Source of the DNA: a virus
Lineage: Duplodnaviria; Caudoviricetes
DNA: 37,131 nucleotides
Virus record (IMG/VR): IMGVR_UViG_3300005805_005005
Location: 1 to 37,131 of that record
Reading direction: 5' to 3' (one strand)
In this document: in pieces, positions 19,533 to 29,031 of the stretch
Numbering within the stretch: position 1 is the first letter of the stretch
Layout of the letters: the number at the start of each line of letters is the position of its first letter
Notes under the pieces: model-generated
Told to the model about the DNA's origin: nothing
Database searches by the model: none
The model's input: only the letters and a program-made list of their open reading frames with translations
Position numbers and translations under genes: made by a program

Positions 19533-20177
19533 ATGGGATATCTAGATAAATCCACAATCACGGTGGACGCTATTTTAACTAACCGTGGACGAGAACTATT
19601 GTCGCAAGGTACTGGAACAGGAAACTTTCAGATTACCAAATTTGCTGTGGCAGACGACGAAGTAGATTATGGCTTGTACGCAACTAACCATCCATTGGGA
19701 TCAAACTATTATGGTTCCATTATTGAAAACATGCCAGTATTAGAGGCAACTCCTGACGAATCATCCGTTATGCGTTATAAGTTAGTCACCATCACCGGTG
19801 CTGACGCAACTGGAAATGTAATAATACCGCAAATTACAAATATAAATTTTACATCACAAACTTTGTATTATAGTCCAACAAGCGGACAAACTAAGACTAT
19901 AGAACTGACACCAAATACTACGTATACATCAACATCAACAGAACAAGAGCCTGACGGATATACATTATTGTTGTCTGACAGTACTCTCGCTACGGTCGAG
20001 CTGATGACCCCTGCTACTGGTATAGTGTTGGCGAATAATCGTGGGTCTGTATATGCTAAGGGTTCAAAGTTCAAGATTGCAGCATTAAATAAAACGGGTC
20101 AAACGTCGGTTTCCATCTTCGGTAATAGTTCAGGTGCAGTGTTCACCTTTACATTAAATACCGTAGCCTCCGCGTAA
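19533..20177 (+). CDS. Baseplate/tail structural protein
   Basis: MGYLDKSTITVDAILTNRGRELL...FQITKFAVADDEVDY resembles the N-terminus of tail-collar/baseplate proteins. Confidence 0.65.
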   Translation: MGYLDKSTITVDAILTNRGRELLSQGTGTGNFQITKFAVADDEVDYGLYATNHPLGSNYYGSIIENMPVLEATPDESSVMRYKLVTITGADATGNVIIPQITNINFTSQTLYYSPTSGQTKTIELTPNTTYTSTSTEQEPDGYTLLLSDSTLATVELMTPATGIVLANNRGSVYAKGSKFKIAALNKTGQTSVSIFGNSSGAVFTFTLNTVASA

Positions 20178-20198
20178 ACTTAATTCATAGGATAAAAT

Positions 20199-21266
20199 AT
20201 GGCATATTCAATTTTTAACACATTTGCTACAGATGATGTAATATCTTTACGCGGTACGGAAGTTACAAATGCATTGTGGTCAAATGATACAGCGAGTCTG
20301 ACAGCGGTTTTTACATCTAGTCAGCAATTCGCCATCTCCGGTGAATTTTATTATGATGCATATAATCAAAATCCAGCAACATCTCCCGCCACCGCAGAAG
20401 TACAATTCTCTGTAGCATACGGTCATATCAGTGGAGGTGGTTCACCGCCATTAGCAAGTTTAAATACATCCACATTACCAACGCAAGTAATATATTCACA
20501 ATATAAAAATCTTCTACTAGACCAGAACACAGAAAAGTTTTCATTTAATGGTACTGAATCTGATGATATTTACGTAATTAACATACAACGGTCCCGTCTC
20601 CGTCAAGCTATAGATCCTGGTAATTGGCAACTTGGGCTATACGGAACTACGAATAGTAGAACATTTATAGACGATAGTAATCTTAATACCGCAGTAACAG
20701 GCAATTTAGTTGCTAATAATGTATATAATATTAAATCTGGTTCGTTGACGGCTGGTACGTCGGGTACTACAGTATACGGTCTTGTGTTTCCTGATTACGG
20801 TGTAATAATATTACATCCTTCAGCTATAAAAACAGCTATAGGAATGTATGGTGATAACGGTACTACAGGACTTAGAAGTGCTACAGCAGAACCATTTTCT
20901 CCGTATACCGGAAGCGGAGCAGGTACCAATTATCAATATCAACATGAAGGATTATATCGTGCTATATCAAAGGCTATGGCAAATAGCTCCGGATTTACAG
21001 CTCGTTCAGCCGAATCAATAACTTCTACAAACTATTTCGTAAGATTAAAGAATAGTCAATACAACTATTCAAACAACCCAACGTATTATACTGGATCTTT
21101 ACCACAAAATATACTAGAACCTTTTAGAGCTAAGCCACTTACCTATGTTACTACGGTTGGATTATACAATGATGCAAACGAATTGTTAGCGGTAGCAAAA
21201 CTTAGTAGGCCAATTCAAAAAAGTACTGATAAGGAAGCATTGATTCGCGTACGCTTAGATTACTAA
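20199..21266 (+). CDS. Virion structural protein (paralogue A)
   Basis: C-terminal YVTTVGLYNDANELLAVAKLSRPIQK and several other motifs shared with the next gene. Confidence 0.65.
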   Translation: MAYSIFNTFATDDVISLRGTEVTNALWSNDTASLTAVFTSSQQFAISGEFYYDAYNQNPATSPATAEVQFSVAYGHISGGGSPPLASLNTSTLPTQVIYSQYKNLLLDQNTEKFSFNGTESDDIYVINIQRSRLRQAIDPGNWQLGLYGTTNSRTFIDDSNLNTAVTGNLVANNVYNIKSGSLTAGTSGTTVYGLVFPDYGVIILHPSAIKTAIGMYGDNGTTGLRSATAEPFSPYTGSGAGTNYQYQHEGLYRAISKAMANSSGFTARSAESITSTNYFVRLKNSQYNYSNNPTYYTGSLPQNILEPFRAKPLTYVTTVGLYNDANELLAVAKLSRPIQKSTDKEALIRVRLDY

Positions 21267-21289
21267 ACCGTTAGTTCTGGTGGAACTTT

Positions 21290-22138
21290 ATGCACAATGC
21301 TGTAACGGCCTTTAAGCCATTAGGACCAAACGAATATGTAGTGACGCCATTTAAAGCGTACGCTCCGTTCTCGTATACGTATACGTCAGGTTCGTCAACA
21401 AATTCTGGTGATTTAAATATTTCATTTGGAATAAAATACACAACGGTCGGTGAATTGCGTACGGAAAATACGTCACAAGAATTGTTTGATTCTGTCGTAC
21501 AGACGTTTTATTCACCACTTCCGTATGCGTTTTACGGCATAGATTCAGCATCATATAAACCAACTGGGTCAGTATTTGTAGTCAGTGTAACTCAAGATGT
21601 ATTTGGAGAAGAAATACGACCAGGAAGTTTCAATATTTCCATAGGAGCATCATCATCGTATGATGACACCAAAGGTAACTTGATAATATCCCAATCTGGA
21701 ACGGGATATAAAATTGGCAGAATATTTTATGATAAAGGAATTGCAATATTAAAACCAACATCAAGTATAGCGGGTGGAGGATTGACAACTAATGGAATAT
21801 GTATAGTAAGTGGGACCGCTGTTAATGTAAGTTTTAGCTCTTCCGTTAAGTTATATGAACACAATGTACAAGTAAAATTAACTCCAACGGACTTTAACTT
21901 TTCAGGATATAATCCATCTACTGTAAAACCGTTCTATACAGGGTCGTCAATTACTCCATTACAATCAATGATGTCTCGGAGTATGAATCCATCTTCGGAT
22001 GTGTATGTCAGACCATATATTACATCAATAGGTTTATATAATGCAAATGATGAATTGGTTGCTGTAGCAAAATTATCAAATCCTATTCAACGTACATTTG
22101 ATAGTAAACAAACATTTGTTGTTAAATTTGACACCTAA
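21290..22138 (+). CDS. Virion structural protein (paralogue B)
   Basis: C-terminal YITSIGLYNANDELVAVAKLSNPIQR. IRPGSF, DD.KGNL and G.IFYDKGIAIL parallel the previous gene. Confidence 0.65.
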   Translation: MHNAVTAFKPLGPNEYVVTPFKAYAPFSYTYTSGSSTNSGDLNISFGIKYTTVGELRTENTSQELFDSVVQTFYSPLPYAFYGIDSASYKPTGSVFVVSVTQDVFGEEIRPGSFNISIGASSSYDDTKGNLIISQSGTGYKIGRIFYDKGIAILKPTSSIAGGGLTTNGICIVSGTAVNVSFSSSVKLYEHNVQVKLTPTDFNFSGYNPSTVKPFYTGSSITPLQSMMSRSMNPSSDVYVRPYITSIGLYNANDELVAVAKLSNPIQRTFDSKQTFVVKFDT

Positions 22139-22153
22139 CGGTGGAGACATAAT

Positions 22154-22684
22154 ATGGGGTTAAAAGAAAAGTATTTAGCAGCTGTGACCGCGACCGACGC
22201 AACATATATGAAAGATGTAGGTACACAGCTACCGTATGTACCAAATACTACTGACGCTGGTGCCGCTCGTGGGGGTAGTGGGGTAAATTTTATGGACGGA
22301 ACCCCTCGTACACAAGGTAACACAACAGCGGATGCGTACCAAACAGAATTTAAAAGAAACGAACCAAACAGTTTTGTTGGTGGTGGAGCACAAGCTCCAA
22401 CTATAGCGACAGCTACAACTCTTAATAATGACGCTGGTGCGCAAACGAACACTAGATGGACAAATAAAGCATTTAAGTTGGCATTTGATAACGAAGGACC
22501 AAGTAAGTTACCAAATGGATATTATATAGATTCGTTTAGACAAGCAAAAAGTTCAAAAGGTACAGTAGGCACAATTCATAATTACATACCATCAAAAGTA
22601 TATACCGCAGCCACCACCGGTGGATATATAAACCAATTTGATATAGCAAGAAATAGATATAACGCAAGTAGTACTAGTAGATAA
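22154..22684 (+). CDS. Hypothetical protein
   Basis: 176-aa ORF with a GGAG RBS, rich in G/T/A. Confidence 0.6.
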   Translation: MGLKEKYLAAVTATDATYMKDVGTQLPYVPNTTDAGAARGGSGVNFMDGTPRTQGNTTADAYQTEFKRNEPNSFVGGGAQAPTIATATTLNNDAGAQTNTRWTNKAFKLAFDNEGPSKLPNGYYIDSFRQAKSSKGTVGTIHNYIPSKVYTAATTGGYINQFDIARNRYNASSTSR

Positions 22685-22702
22685 TAAACTAAAGAGGTTA
22701 CA

Positions 22703-23053
22703 ATGAAACCACGTAGTGCAAAAAATAAGGGTAAACGGTTACAAAACGCAGTACGAGATATGATTTTAGAAAACTTCACACAGTTGGAACCAGATGATGT
22801 GGTTTCAACGCTGATGGGTGACAGTGGAACAGATATCAAGTTGTCACCTGCGGCGCGTAAGGTATTTCCCTACTCTCCAGAATGTAAGAACCAAGAAAAG
22901 ATGAACATCTGGGCTTCTCTGGAACAAGCAGAAGGGAATACGAAAGACGGAACGACTCCCGTTCTTTTCTTTAAGAGAAATAATACACCAGTGTACGCGG
23001 TTATTCCCGCAGAACACTTCTTCCAATTGGTCAATAAAAAGACCGTTGAATAA
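22703..23053 (+). CDS. PD-(D/E)XK nuclease, Holliday-junction-resolvase-like
   Basis: SAKNKGKRLQ, MGDSGTDI, ECKNQE, W.SLEQA and PVLFFKRN. GAGG RBS. Confidence 0.8.
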   Translation: MKPRSAKNKGKRLQNAVRDMILENFTQLEPDDVVSTLMGDSGTDIKLSPAARKVFPYSPECKNQEKMNIWASLEQAEGNTKDGTTPVLFFKRNNTPVYAVIPAEHFFQLVNKKTVE

Positions 23054-23063
23054 AAAGAAAAAC

Positions 23064-23092
23064 TTGACAACTTGACGAAGAGGGGTTAGATT
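23064..23092 (+). promoter_or_regulatory. Sigma70-type promoter of the primase-Mre11/Rad50 operon
   Basis: TTGACA (23064-23069), a 17-nt spacer and TAGATT (23087-23092), with an A-rich UP-like tract upstream. A second TTGACG lies at 23072. Confidence 0.7.
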
Positions 23093-23099
23093 CTATATT

Positions 23100-24011
23100 A
23101 TGAATCTAATCTCTCTTTTGTCGCAAATATTAGGTGATTTTAAACAGTTTGGGAATGGTGAACACTATTTCCAATGTCCTTTCTGTCATAATCACAAGAG
23201 AAAATTTGCTATTAATGTATTGAAAAATATGTTCCATTGTTGGCATTGTGGAGCCAAGGGACGTTCTTTAATAACACTATTTAAGAGACTGGATGTATCT
23301 CCGTCCCAAATGAAAGAACTGCGGTCACTCCTTTCGGATGACCAAGTAAAGAATTATGTAGAAACCGCAGATGAAGTCACCGATTTGTATCTCCCGCCTG
23401 GATTCAAGCCGTTGTGGATTCCGACCAAGAGTATCCATTACAATCACGCAATTAAATACCTGAAGAATAGAGGGATTACGGGATACGACATTATCCGTTA
23501 TCAGATGGGATATACGATAGAAGGTCCATATGCGAATCGTGTCATCATTCCATCGTATGATGCGAACAATAAGTTGAACTATTTCATCGCTCGTAGTTTC
23601 TATGACGGTGGAATGAAGTATAAGAATCCACCCGTGTCAAAGAACGTGGTGATGTTTGAGAACCAAATTAACTGGAAGATGCCGTTGGTTCTCTGTGAAG
23701 GGGTGTTTGATGCCATCGCAATCCGTAGAAACGCAGTACCTATCTTGGGTAAGTTCATACCCAAGAAGTTGTTGAAGCAGATGGTCAAGAACAATGTCAA
23801 AGAAGTCTATGTTGTACTGGATAATGATGCACGAACCGAAGCAATGGAAATGGAACGTCAGTTGACCGCTCACGGTATGCACGTGAAGTTGGTCAACCTT
23901 GACAAGAAAGACCCATCCGAGTTAGGTTTCAATGAAACGTGGAAGTGTATAGAAGCAGGTGAATCCACTTCCCTTAAAGGCTATATCAGCGAAAGGTTAC
24001 AACTTATATGA
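23100..24011 (+). CDS. DNA primase (zinc finger plus TOPRIM)
   Basis: CPFC...HCWHC zinc-binding domain, YLKNRGI, RVIIP, ARS, KYKNP, CEGVFDA, LDND and KDP. Confidence 0.9.
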   Translation: MNLISLLSQILGDFKQFGNGEHYFQCPFCHNHKRKFAINVLKNMFHCWHCGAKGRSLITLFKRLDVSPSQMKELRSLLSDDQVKNYVETADEVTDLYLPPGFKPLWIPTKSIHYNHAIKYLKNRGITGYDIIRYQMGYTIEGPYANRVIIPSYDANNKLNYFIARSFYDGGMKYKNPPVSKNVVMFENQINWKMPLVLCEGVFDAIAIRRNAVPILGKFIPKKLLKQMVKNNVKEVYVVLDNDARTEAMEMERQLTAHGMHVKLVNLDKKDPSELGFNETWKCIEAGESTSLKGYISERLQLI

Positions 24012-27000
24012 AGATTGAAGTCCCATTTAAGAAGTTACAAAAAATAGAACATACCGCAGATATCCACATCAGACTGTTTAAACGTCACGATGAATATCGT
24101 GAAGCGTTTAATACATTCTACGAACAACTCCGTCAGAAAGATTTAACTGATGGAGTGATTGTCGTTGCGGGTGACATCCTCCACGCAAAGACCGATATGA
24201 GTCCAGAGATGGTGGAACTTGCATCAGAGTTCCTCCGTAATCTTGCGGACATCGCACCGACCTTCATCATCGCTGGCAATCACGACCTCAATCTGTCCAA
24301 TATGAATCGGTTGGATAGTTTGACACCGATTATCAAGAATCTCAACCATCCCAATCTCCACTACTTCAAGCATTCGGGTATCTATCAAGTCGCTGACGTA
24401 GACTTTGCAGTATTCTCCATTTTAGATGACCGCGAGCAGTGGCCCGATGTTCAAGACTGTCGGAAGAACGCACGGAAGATTGCGTTGTACCACGGACCAG
24501 TCCACGGTGCGCAAACAGATATCAAGTATGTCATCACCAACCGTCACGTAAGTGTTGACACATTTGCGGGATACGACATCGTACTACTTGGTGATATTCA
24601 CAAGTATCAGATTCTCCAAGAAAGTAATCCCGTCATCGTCTATTCATCGTCACTTATCCAACAGAACCACGGCGAATCCTTACGGAATCACGGATGGTGT
24701 TCGTGGAACGTGGATGATTGTACTCACGTATTCAATGAACTTCCGAACGCATATGGGTATTATACCCTTGAACTGGAAGAGGGAAAGATTGCGTTCCCAA
24801 CGGATATGCCGAAGAACGTCCGACTTCGGTTGTTCACGGGGAACGCAGATACTACTCTTATTAAAAAGACCACTGCGGCATTACGGAAACGGTATAACAT
24901 CATAGACCTGAGTATTAACAAGAATCGTTTCAATCATAGTAAAATGATTGATAGAAAGGTCAATCATATTACTACCGATGTGACCAATGTAAATACCCAG
25001 AATACATTGATTCAAGATTGGATTCAACGGAATCACGAAACGGTTGATGACGAACTGATGAAGAAGATTATCAATGTCAACACGATGTTGAACGCACAAG
25101 TCAGTCACGATGACCAGTCACGGAACATTCACTGGCGTCCGTTGAAGTTCACGTTCTCCAATATGTTCTCGTATGGTGAGAATAATGAAATTGACTTTGA
25201 ACATATGCACGGTATCCACGGTATCTTTGCGCAGAATGCGTCTGGGAAGAGTTCGTCTATGGACGCACTTATCTTCTGTCTCTACGACAAGACCCCACGT
25301 GCATTCCGTGGTGACCATATTATGAACAATCGTCGGGACCAGTTTGAGTGTGAACTGAAGTTTGAAATCAACCAAGAAATTTATTATATCCGCCGTACTG
25401 GTACACGAAAAAAGACTGGCGATGTGAAGGTAGATGTATCGTTCTGGAAGGAACATTCAGATGGTACCCATACGTCATTAAACGGCGAAGACCGTCGTGA
25501 CACCAATGCCAACATTCGTAACTATGTCGGTAGTTATGAAGATTTCGTACTGACCACGTTGAGTAGTCAGACCGCGAACGCTTTGTTCATTGACAAGTCA
25601 CATTCTGAACGGAAGGACTTACTTATCCAGTTTATGGGGTTGAACATCTTTGATAAGTTGTTTGATTCTGCAAACGAGGAAAGTAAGGAACTTACAGGTG
25701 CTTTGAAGAAGTTCAAGAAGATTGATTTCGGTCAATTACTGTCGGATACTCAGACCAAATTGGATACTACCAAGATAGACCATCAGAAGATGGAAGAAAC
25801 TATTGCGGAGTATAAGGAAGAACGAGATGTACTGGATACTAAGTTAAAAGAACAGCAGGACCAGAAGCGTACTGTTCCGAATATTGAGTTGAATATGGAT
25901 AAACTCCAAGCAGGATTGGTGGATGCTAATAATTTTATTGGTATGTACCAGACTCGTAAATCGGAAGAAGAAAATAGACTTCAATCAATACAAAATATTA
26001 TTAGAGAAAAGACGGAAGAACTAGTAGACGCAAACCTTCCAGAACTTCGTCAGTCTGTGGAAGAGTATAATAGACTTTCTACCTTATTTAACAAGGGTGG
26101 TAGTGCATTAAAGTTGACCACTTCAAAGGTTACTGAAAAAGAAAAGTTCAAGACCAAACTGGAAAGTTACAAGTATAATCCAGATTGTAACGTCTGCGTA
26201 GAAAATACTAAGTCAATTATTGAAGATATGGAATCAGTTACTCACGAATTGATTGACTTATACGAACTTCAATCCAAACAAGAAAGTGCAGTCAACGAAA
26301 TCAAACAACAGATGGAACCGTTGGTTGATAAGGTTAATCTCTGCGCACATTACGAAAAGTTACAAAACGAAATTCAACAGTTCCAAAAAAAGGCAAGTGG
26401 ATTAGAGTTGGAAATCCAGAAGTTGATTACCAGTATAGAAAAGTGCGACCGCAATCGGGAACAGATTGAAAAGGACATTGAATTACATAAGGTCAACGAA
26501 GAAAACATCAAGCACAATGCTACTATTGACGAACATATCCGTCACGTAGTATATGATATTTCTGTCAATAAAAAGACTTTGGACAAGTTAGATAAGGAGT
26601 TACGGGAACTTCACGGAGAAATCAAGGTATTGGAAGCAACCAAGACGGATATCCTCAACCAAATCAAGGAAGCGGAAGAACTTGAAGATACGTATGAGGC
26701 TTACAAGTATTATATGGAAGCCGTCTGTCGTGATGGTATTCCGTATGAGTTGATGTCCCGTGCTATTCCTGCGATTGAGGCAGAAATTAACAATATCTTA
26801 ACTCAGATTGTGGAATTCACTATTTCTCTTGAAGTGGACGGAAAGAACATCGTCGGTAAGCTGAACTACGACCACGAACGTATCTGGCCGTTGGAAAATT
26901 CGTCGGGTATGGAACGATTCATCAGTAGTCTCGCTATTCGAGTGGCTCTGCTGAACGCATCCAACCTCCCAAAACCGAACTTTATGATTATTGACGAAGG

Positions 27001-27172
27001 ATTAGGCGTTCTGGACGCAGAAAACCTGAGTTCGATGGGGACAATGATGGGTATTTTGAAGTCGCAATTTGATTTTATTGTTCTTATCAGTCACTTGGAC
27101 ACCGCTCGAGATATGGTAGACAAGGTAATTGAAATCAAACGGGAGGACGGATTCTCGTATATTAATGTCTAA
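24008..27172 (+). CDS. Mre11-Rad50 (SbcD-SbcC, gp47-gp46-like) fusion nuclease/ATPase
   Basis: N-terminal phosphoesterase motifs ADIH, GDILH, GNHD, YHG and LGDIH. Then Walker A NASGKSS, a coiled coil with a CNVC zinc hook, signature SSGME, Walker B IIDEG and ISH. Confidence 0.92.
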   Translation: MKIEVPFKKLQKIEHTADIHIRLFKRHDEYREAFNTFYEQLRQKDLTDGVIVVAGDILHAKTDMSPEMVELASEFLRNLADIAPTFIIAGNHDLNLSNMNRLDSLTPIIKNLNHPNLHYFKHSGIYQVADVDFAVFSILDDREQWPDVQDCRKNARKIALYHGPVHGAQTDIKYVITNRHVSVDTFAGYDIVLLGDIHKYQILQESNPVIVYSSSLIQQNHGESLRNHGWCSWNVDDCTHVFNELPNAYGYYTLELEEGKIAFPTDMPKNVRLRLFTGNADTTLIKKTTAALRKRYNIIDLSINKNRFNHSKMIDRKVNHITTDVTNVNTQNTLIQDWIQRNHETVDDELMKKIINVNTMLNAQVSHDDQSRNIHWRPLKFTFSNMFSYGENNEIDFEHMHGIHGIFAQNASGKSSSMDALIFCLYDKTPRAFRGDHIMNNRRDQFECELKFEINQEIYYIRRTGTRKKTGDVKVDVSFWKEHSDGTHTSLNGEDRRDTNANIRNYVGSYEDFVLTTLSSQTANALFIDKSHSERKDLLIQFMGLNIFDKLFDSANEESKELTGALKKFKKIDFGQLLSDTQTKLDTTKIDHQKMEETIAEYKEERDVLDTKLKEQQDQKRTVPNIELNMDKLQAGLVDANNFIGMYQTRKSEEENRLQSIQNIIREKTEELVDANLPELRQSVEEYNRLSTLFNKGGSALKLTTSKVTEKEKFKTKLESYKYNPDCNVCVENTKSIIEDMESVTHELIDLYELQSKQESAVNEIKQQMEPLVDKVNLCAHYEKLQNEIQQFQKKASGLELEIQKLITSIEKCDRNREQIEKDIELHKVNEENIKHNATIDEHIRHVVYDISVNKKTLDKLDKELRELHGEIKVLEATKTDILNQIKEAEELEDTYEAYKYYMEAVCRDGIPYELMSRAIPAIEAEINNILTQIVEFTISLEVDGKNIVGKLNYDHERIWPLENSSGMERFISSLAIRVALLNASNLPKPNFMIIDEGLGVLDAENLSSMGTMMGILKSQFDFIVLISHLDTARDMVDKVIEIKREDGFSYINV

Positions 27173-27195
27173 CTCAACTATTTATATTGAGTTAG
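27169..27195 (+). promoter_or_regulatory. Putative late promoter TATTTATA in the loop of a perfect 9-bp inverted repeat
   Basis: CTAACTCAA (27169-27177), loop CTATTTATA, then TTGAGTTAG (27187-27195). The box ends 27 nt before the ATG at 27214. Confidence 0.65.
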
Positions 27196-27213
27196 GACTT
27201 TAAGCGAGAATGT

Positions 27214-29031
27214 ATGGCAAAAACACTAAAAACTTTACAACTACAGAATTTGGCAAAATATGACGTTTATATAAACGACACTAATCCAACGTCTGATTAT
27301 TTTAAAGTAGCCAATATACCTAAGTATTTTACCGGCGGACGAAATTCTTTTCTGATAGGCGGATCTAACTTATTAACACCATACACTAATGTTCTGATAG
27401 AAATATTAGATTCAAAGGGTAATCCGGTGTTTCAAAATCCAACCAAAAAATATTTACAGGGAAATTCCAGAGTTATTTCTGTAGAAATAAACAAAAATAC
27501 TCCGCCTGGATATCTTACGATAATAATACTTGGCGTTGCTAACTACCAATTAGACGGTAAGCCAGTACCATCAGAATGGAAGGATAAGTTTAACGTACGA
27601 TGGGTAGGTAAGGTACTTGTAGAGCCTAAATTAAAGAACACAGCAGACATTATATTTACTAATCAACCTGAAGTTTTTTGTGAAGAAAATAGATTACTAG
27701 AAGTAAATACCTCACAGTTCGTAGAAACCAGTACCACGTTTACAGCAAGTTTATCTCCAATTTTGTATTCTAGTTTTATAAAAGGTTATCTTATATCTGC
27801 TGTATCGCCAACAACGTTTTCTGCAGATTATTATGGGGCAACAATTACTGGGTCTATGATAGTTAATGGAGTAAGCGCGAGTGTGTACCTGCCGATAACA
27901 AATATTCTAAATGATACCACTGCCTTCAGTGAGGGATATTTAATAAAAGATGAAAATAATAAAATTATAAATAAAATATACGTACATAGTGGCAGCTATA
28001 CCACAGACATGTTAGGTACCACGGTACCTGTAACATCATCCGTAGTATTGAATTACAAAACTTTGTCCGTAAGCGGTACAAATATACCTATATCTTATGC
28101 TAAACTTAGAGTAGTAAATTTGAACACGGTAAGCGGTGAAGTGGTAAAAACAAAAATCTATAACAAGGTAAAAACGAACTTATCTGATTATAAACTAGTT
28201 GCCAACAGCGATGTAGTTACGAAAGAATTATTAACTACGGGTTCTTCCAGAGGTGATATACATATAAGTGATTTTATTTCTTTAGTACCATCGTCTAGTT
28301 GGTACGTGGATACAATGATACCCAACACCAACAATGTCGTATACCCCATCACAGGCACTTCCTCATACTATAATCCTATTTATAATTCTGAGCAGTTTTA
28401 TGTGTACAGTGACAATTCATTACTGCTCAATTCTATGTATGCCGACATTACTGTAAATCCATCAAATTATAGATTTACAGGACAAATATCGGAAAGTGGC
28501 TACTTTATAGGACAGAAATCCTCAATAACCGTATTTCCAACTACAGAATATACTTTTAAATTAAATGCACTATATAAAAATTCTAATGCAAGTTCCATAG
28601 TTTTGACTGGTAATACTCCGTATGTGGATATTTATATGGTAGGTATTAGTGGTTCGGTTATTATTGACAAAGACCCACTAGGACAAAAAATAGGAAGAAT
28701 AGATATAACTACTGGGGCCACCTCTCAGTTGTATCAAAATAAAGAATTTAATTTTACTCCAAAACTCGCTAGCGCAGGAGCAGTTAGTTTTAGACTAGTT
28801 GTATCGAATGGATTTTGGAACTTCTCTGATGTATCGGTTAAACCGGCATCAGATACTACATTTTCACCAGATGAATTCACAGTTTTAGTCCCAAACACAG
28901 AATTTTTTAACAACTATCTAGAATACAAAATAGAGTTTTTTGATATCAATAACAATTCTACTAATGTAACCGCTATATCCCTACCAACGTATTTTACTGG
29001 GTCCAACATTGATTTAGGTGTTCTTCCATGA
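27214..29031 (+). CDS. Hypothetical beta-rich virion structural protein
   Basis: 605 aa, rich in S/T/N/Y, located downstream of the putative late promoter. Confidence 0.6.
   Translation: MAKTLKTLQLQNLAKYDVYINDTNPTSDYFKVANIPKYFTGGRNSFLIGGSNLLTPYTNVLIEILDSKGNPVFQNPTKKYLQGNSRVISVEINKNTPPGYLTIIILGVANYQLDGKPVPSEWKDKFNVRWVGKVLVEPKLKNTADIIFTNQPEVFCEENRLLEVNTSQFVETSTTFTASLSPILYSSFIKGYLISAVSPTTFSADYYGATITGSMIVNGVSASVYLPITNILNDTTAFSEGYLIKDENNKIINKIYVHSGSYTTDMLGTTVPVTSSVVLNYKTLSVSGTNIPISYAKLRVVNLNTVSGEVVKTKIYNKVKTNLSDYKLVANSDVVTKELLTTGSSRGDIHISDFISLVPSSSWYVDTMIPNTNNVVYPITGTSSYYNPIYNSEQFYVYSDNSLLLNSMYADITVNPSNYRFTGQISESGYFIGQKSSITVFPTTEYTFKLNALYKNSNASSIVLTGNTPYVDIYMVGISGSVIIDKDPLGQKIGRIDITTGATSQLYQNKEFNFTPKLASAGAVSFRLVVSNGFWNFSDVSVKPASDTTFSPDEFTVLVPNTEFFNNYLEYKIEFFDINNNSTNVTAISLPTYFTGSNIDLGVLP

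Noticed and set aside
21270-21289. AGTTC-TGGTG-GAACT-TT mini hairpin as a terminator
   Set aside because: Only a 5-bp stem and a short T run, in the middle of an apparent operon.
11863-28636. Intragenic TATTTATA copies (11863, 12309, 28629)
   Set aside because: Expected by chance in AT-rich coding DNA, with no flanking stems noticed. They could be internal promoters but cannot be supported.
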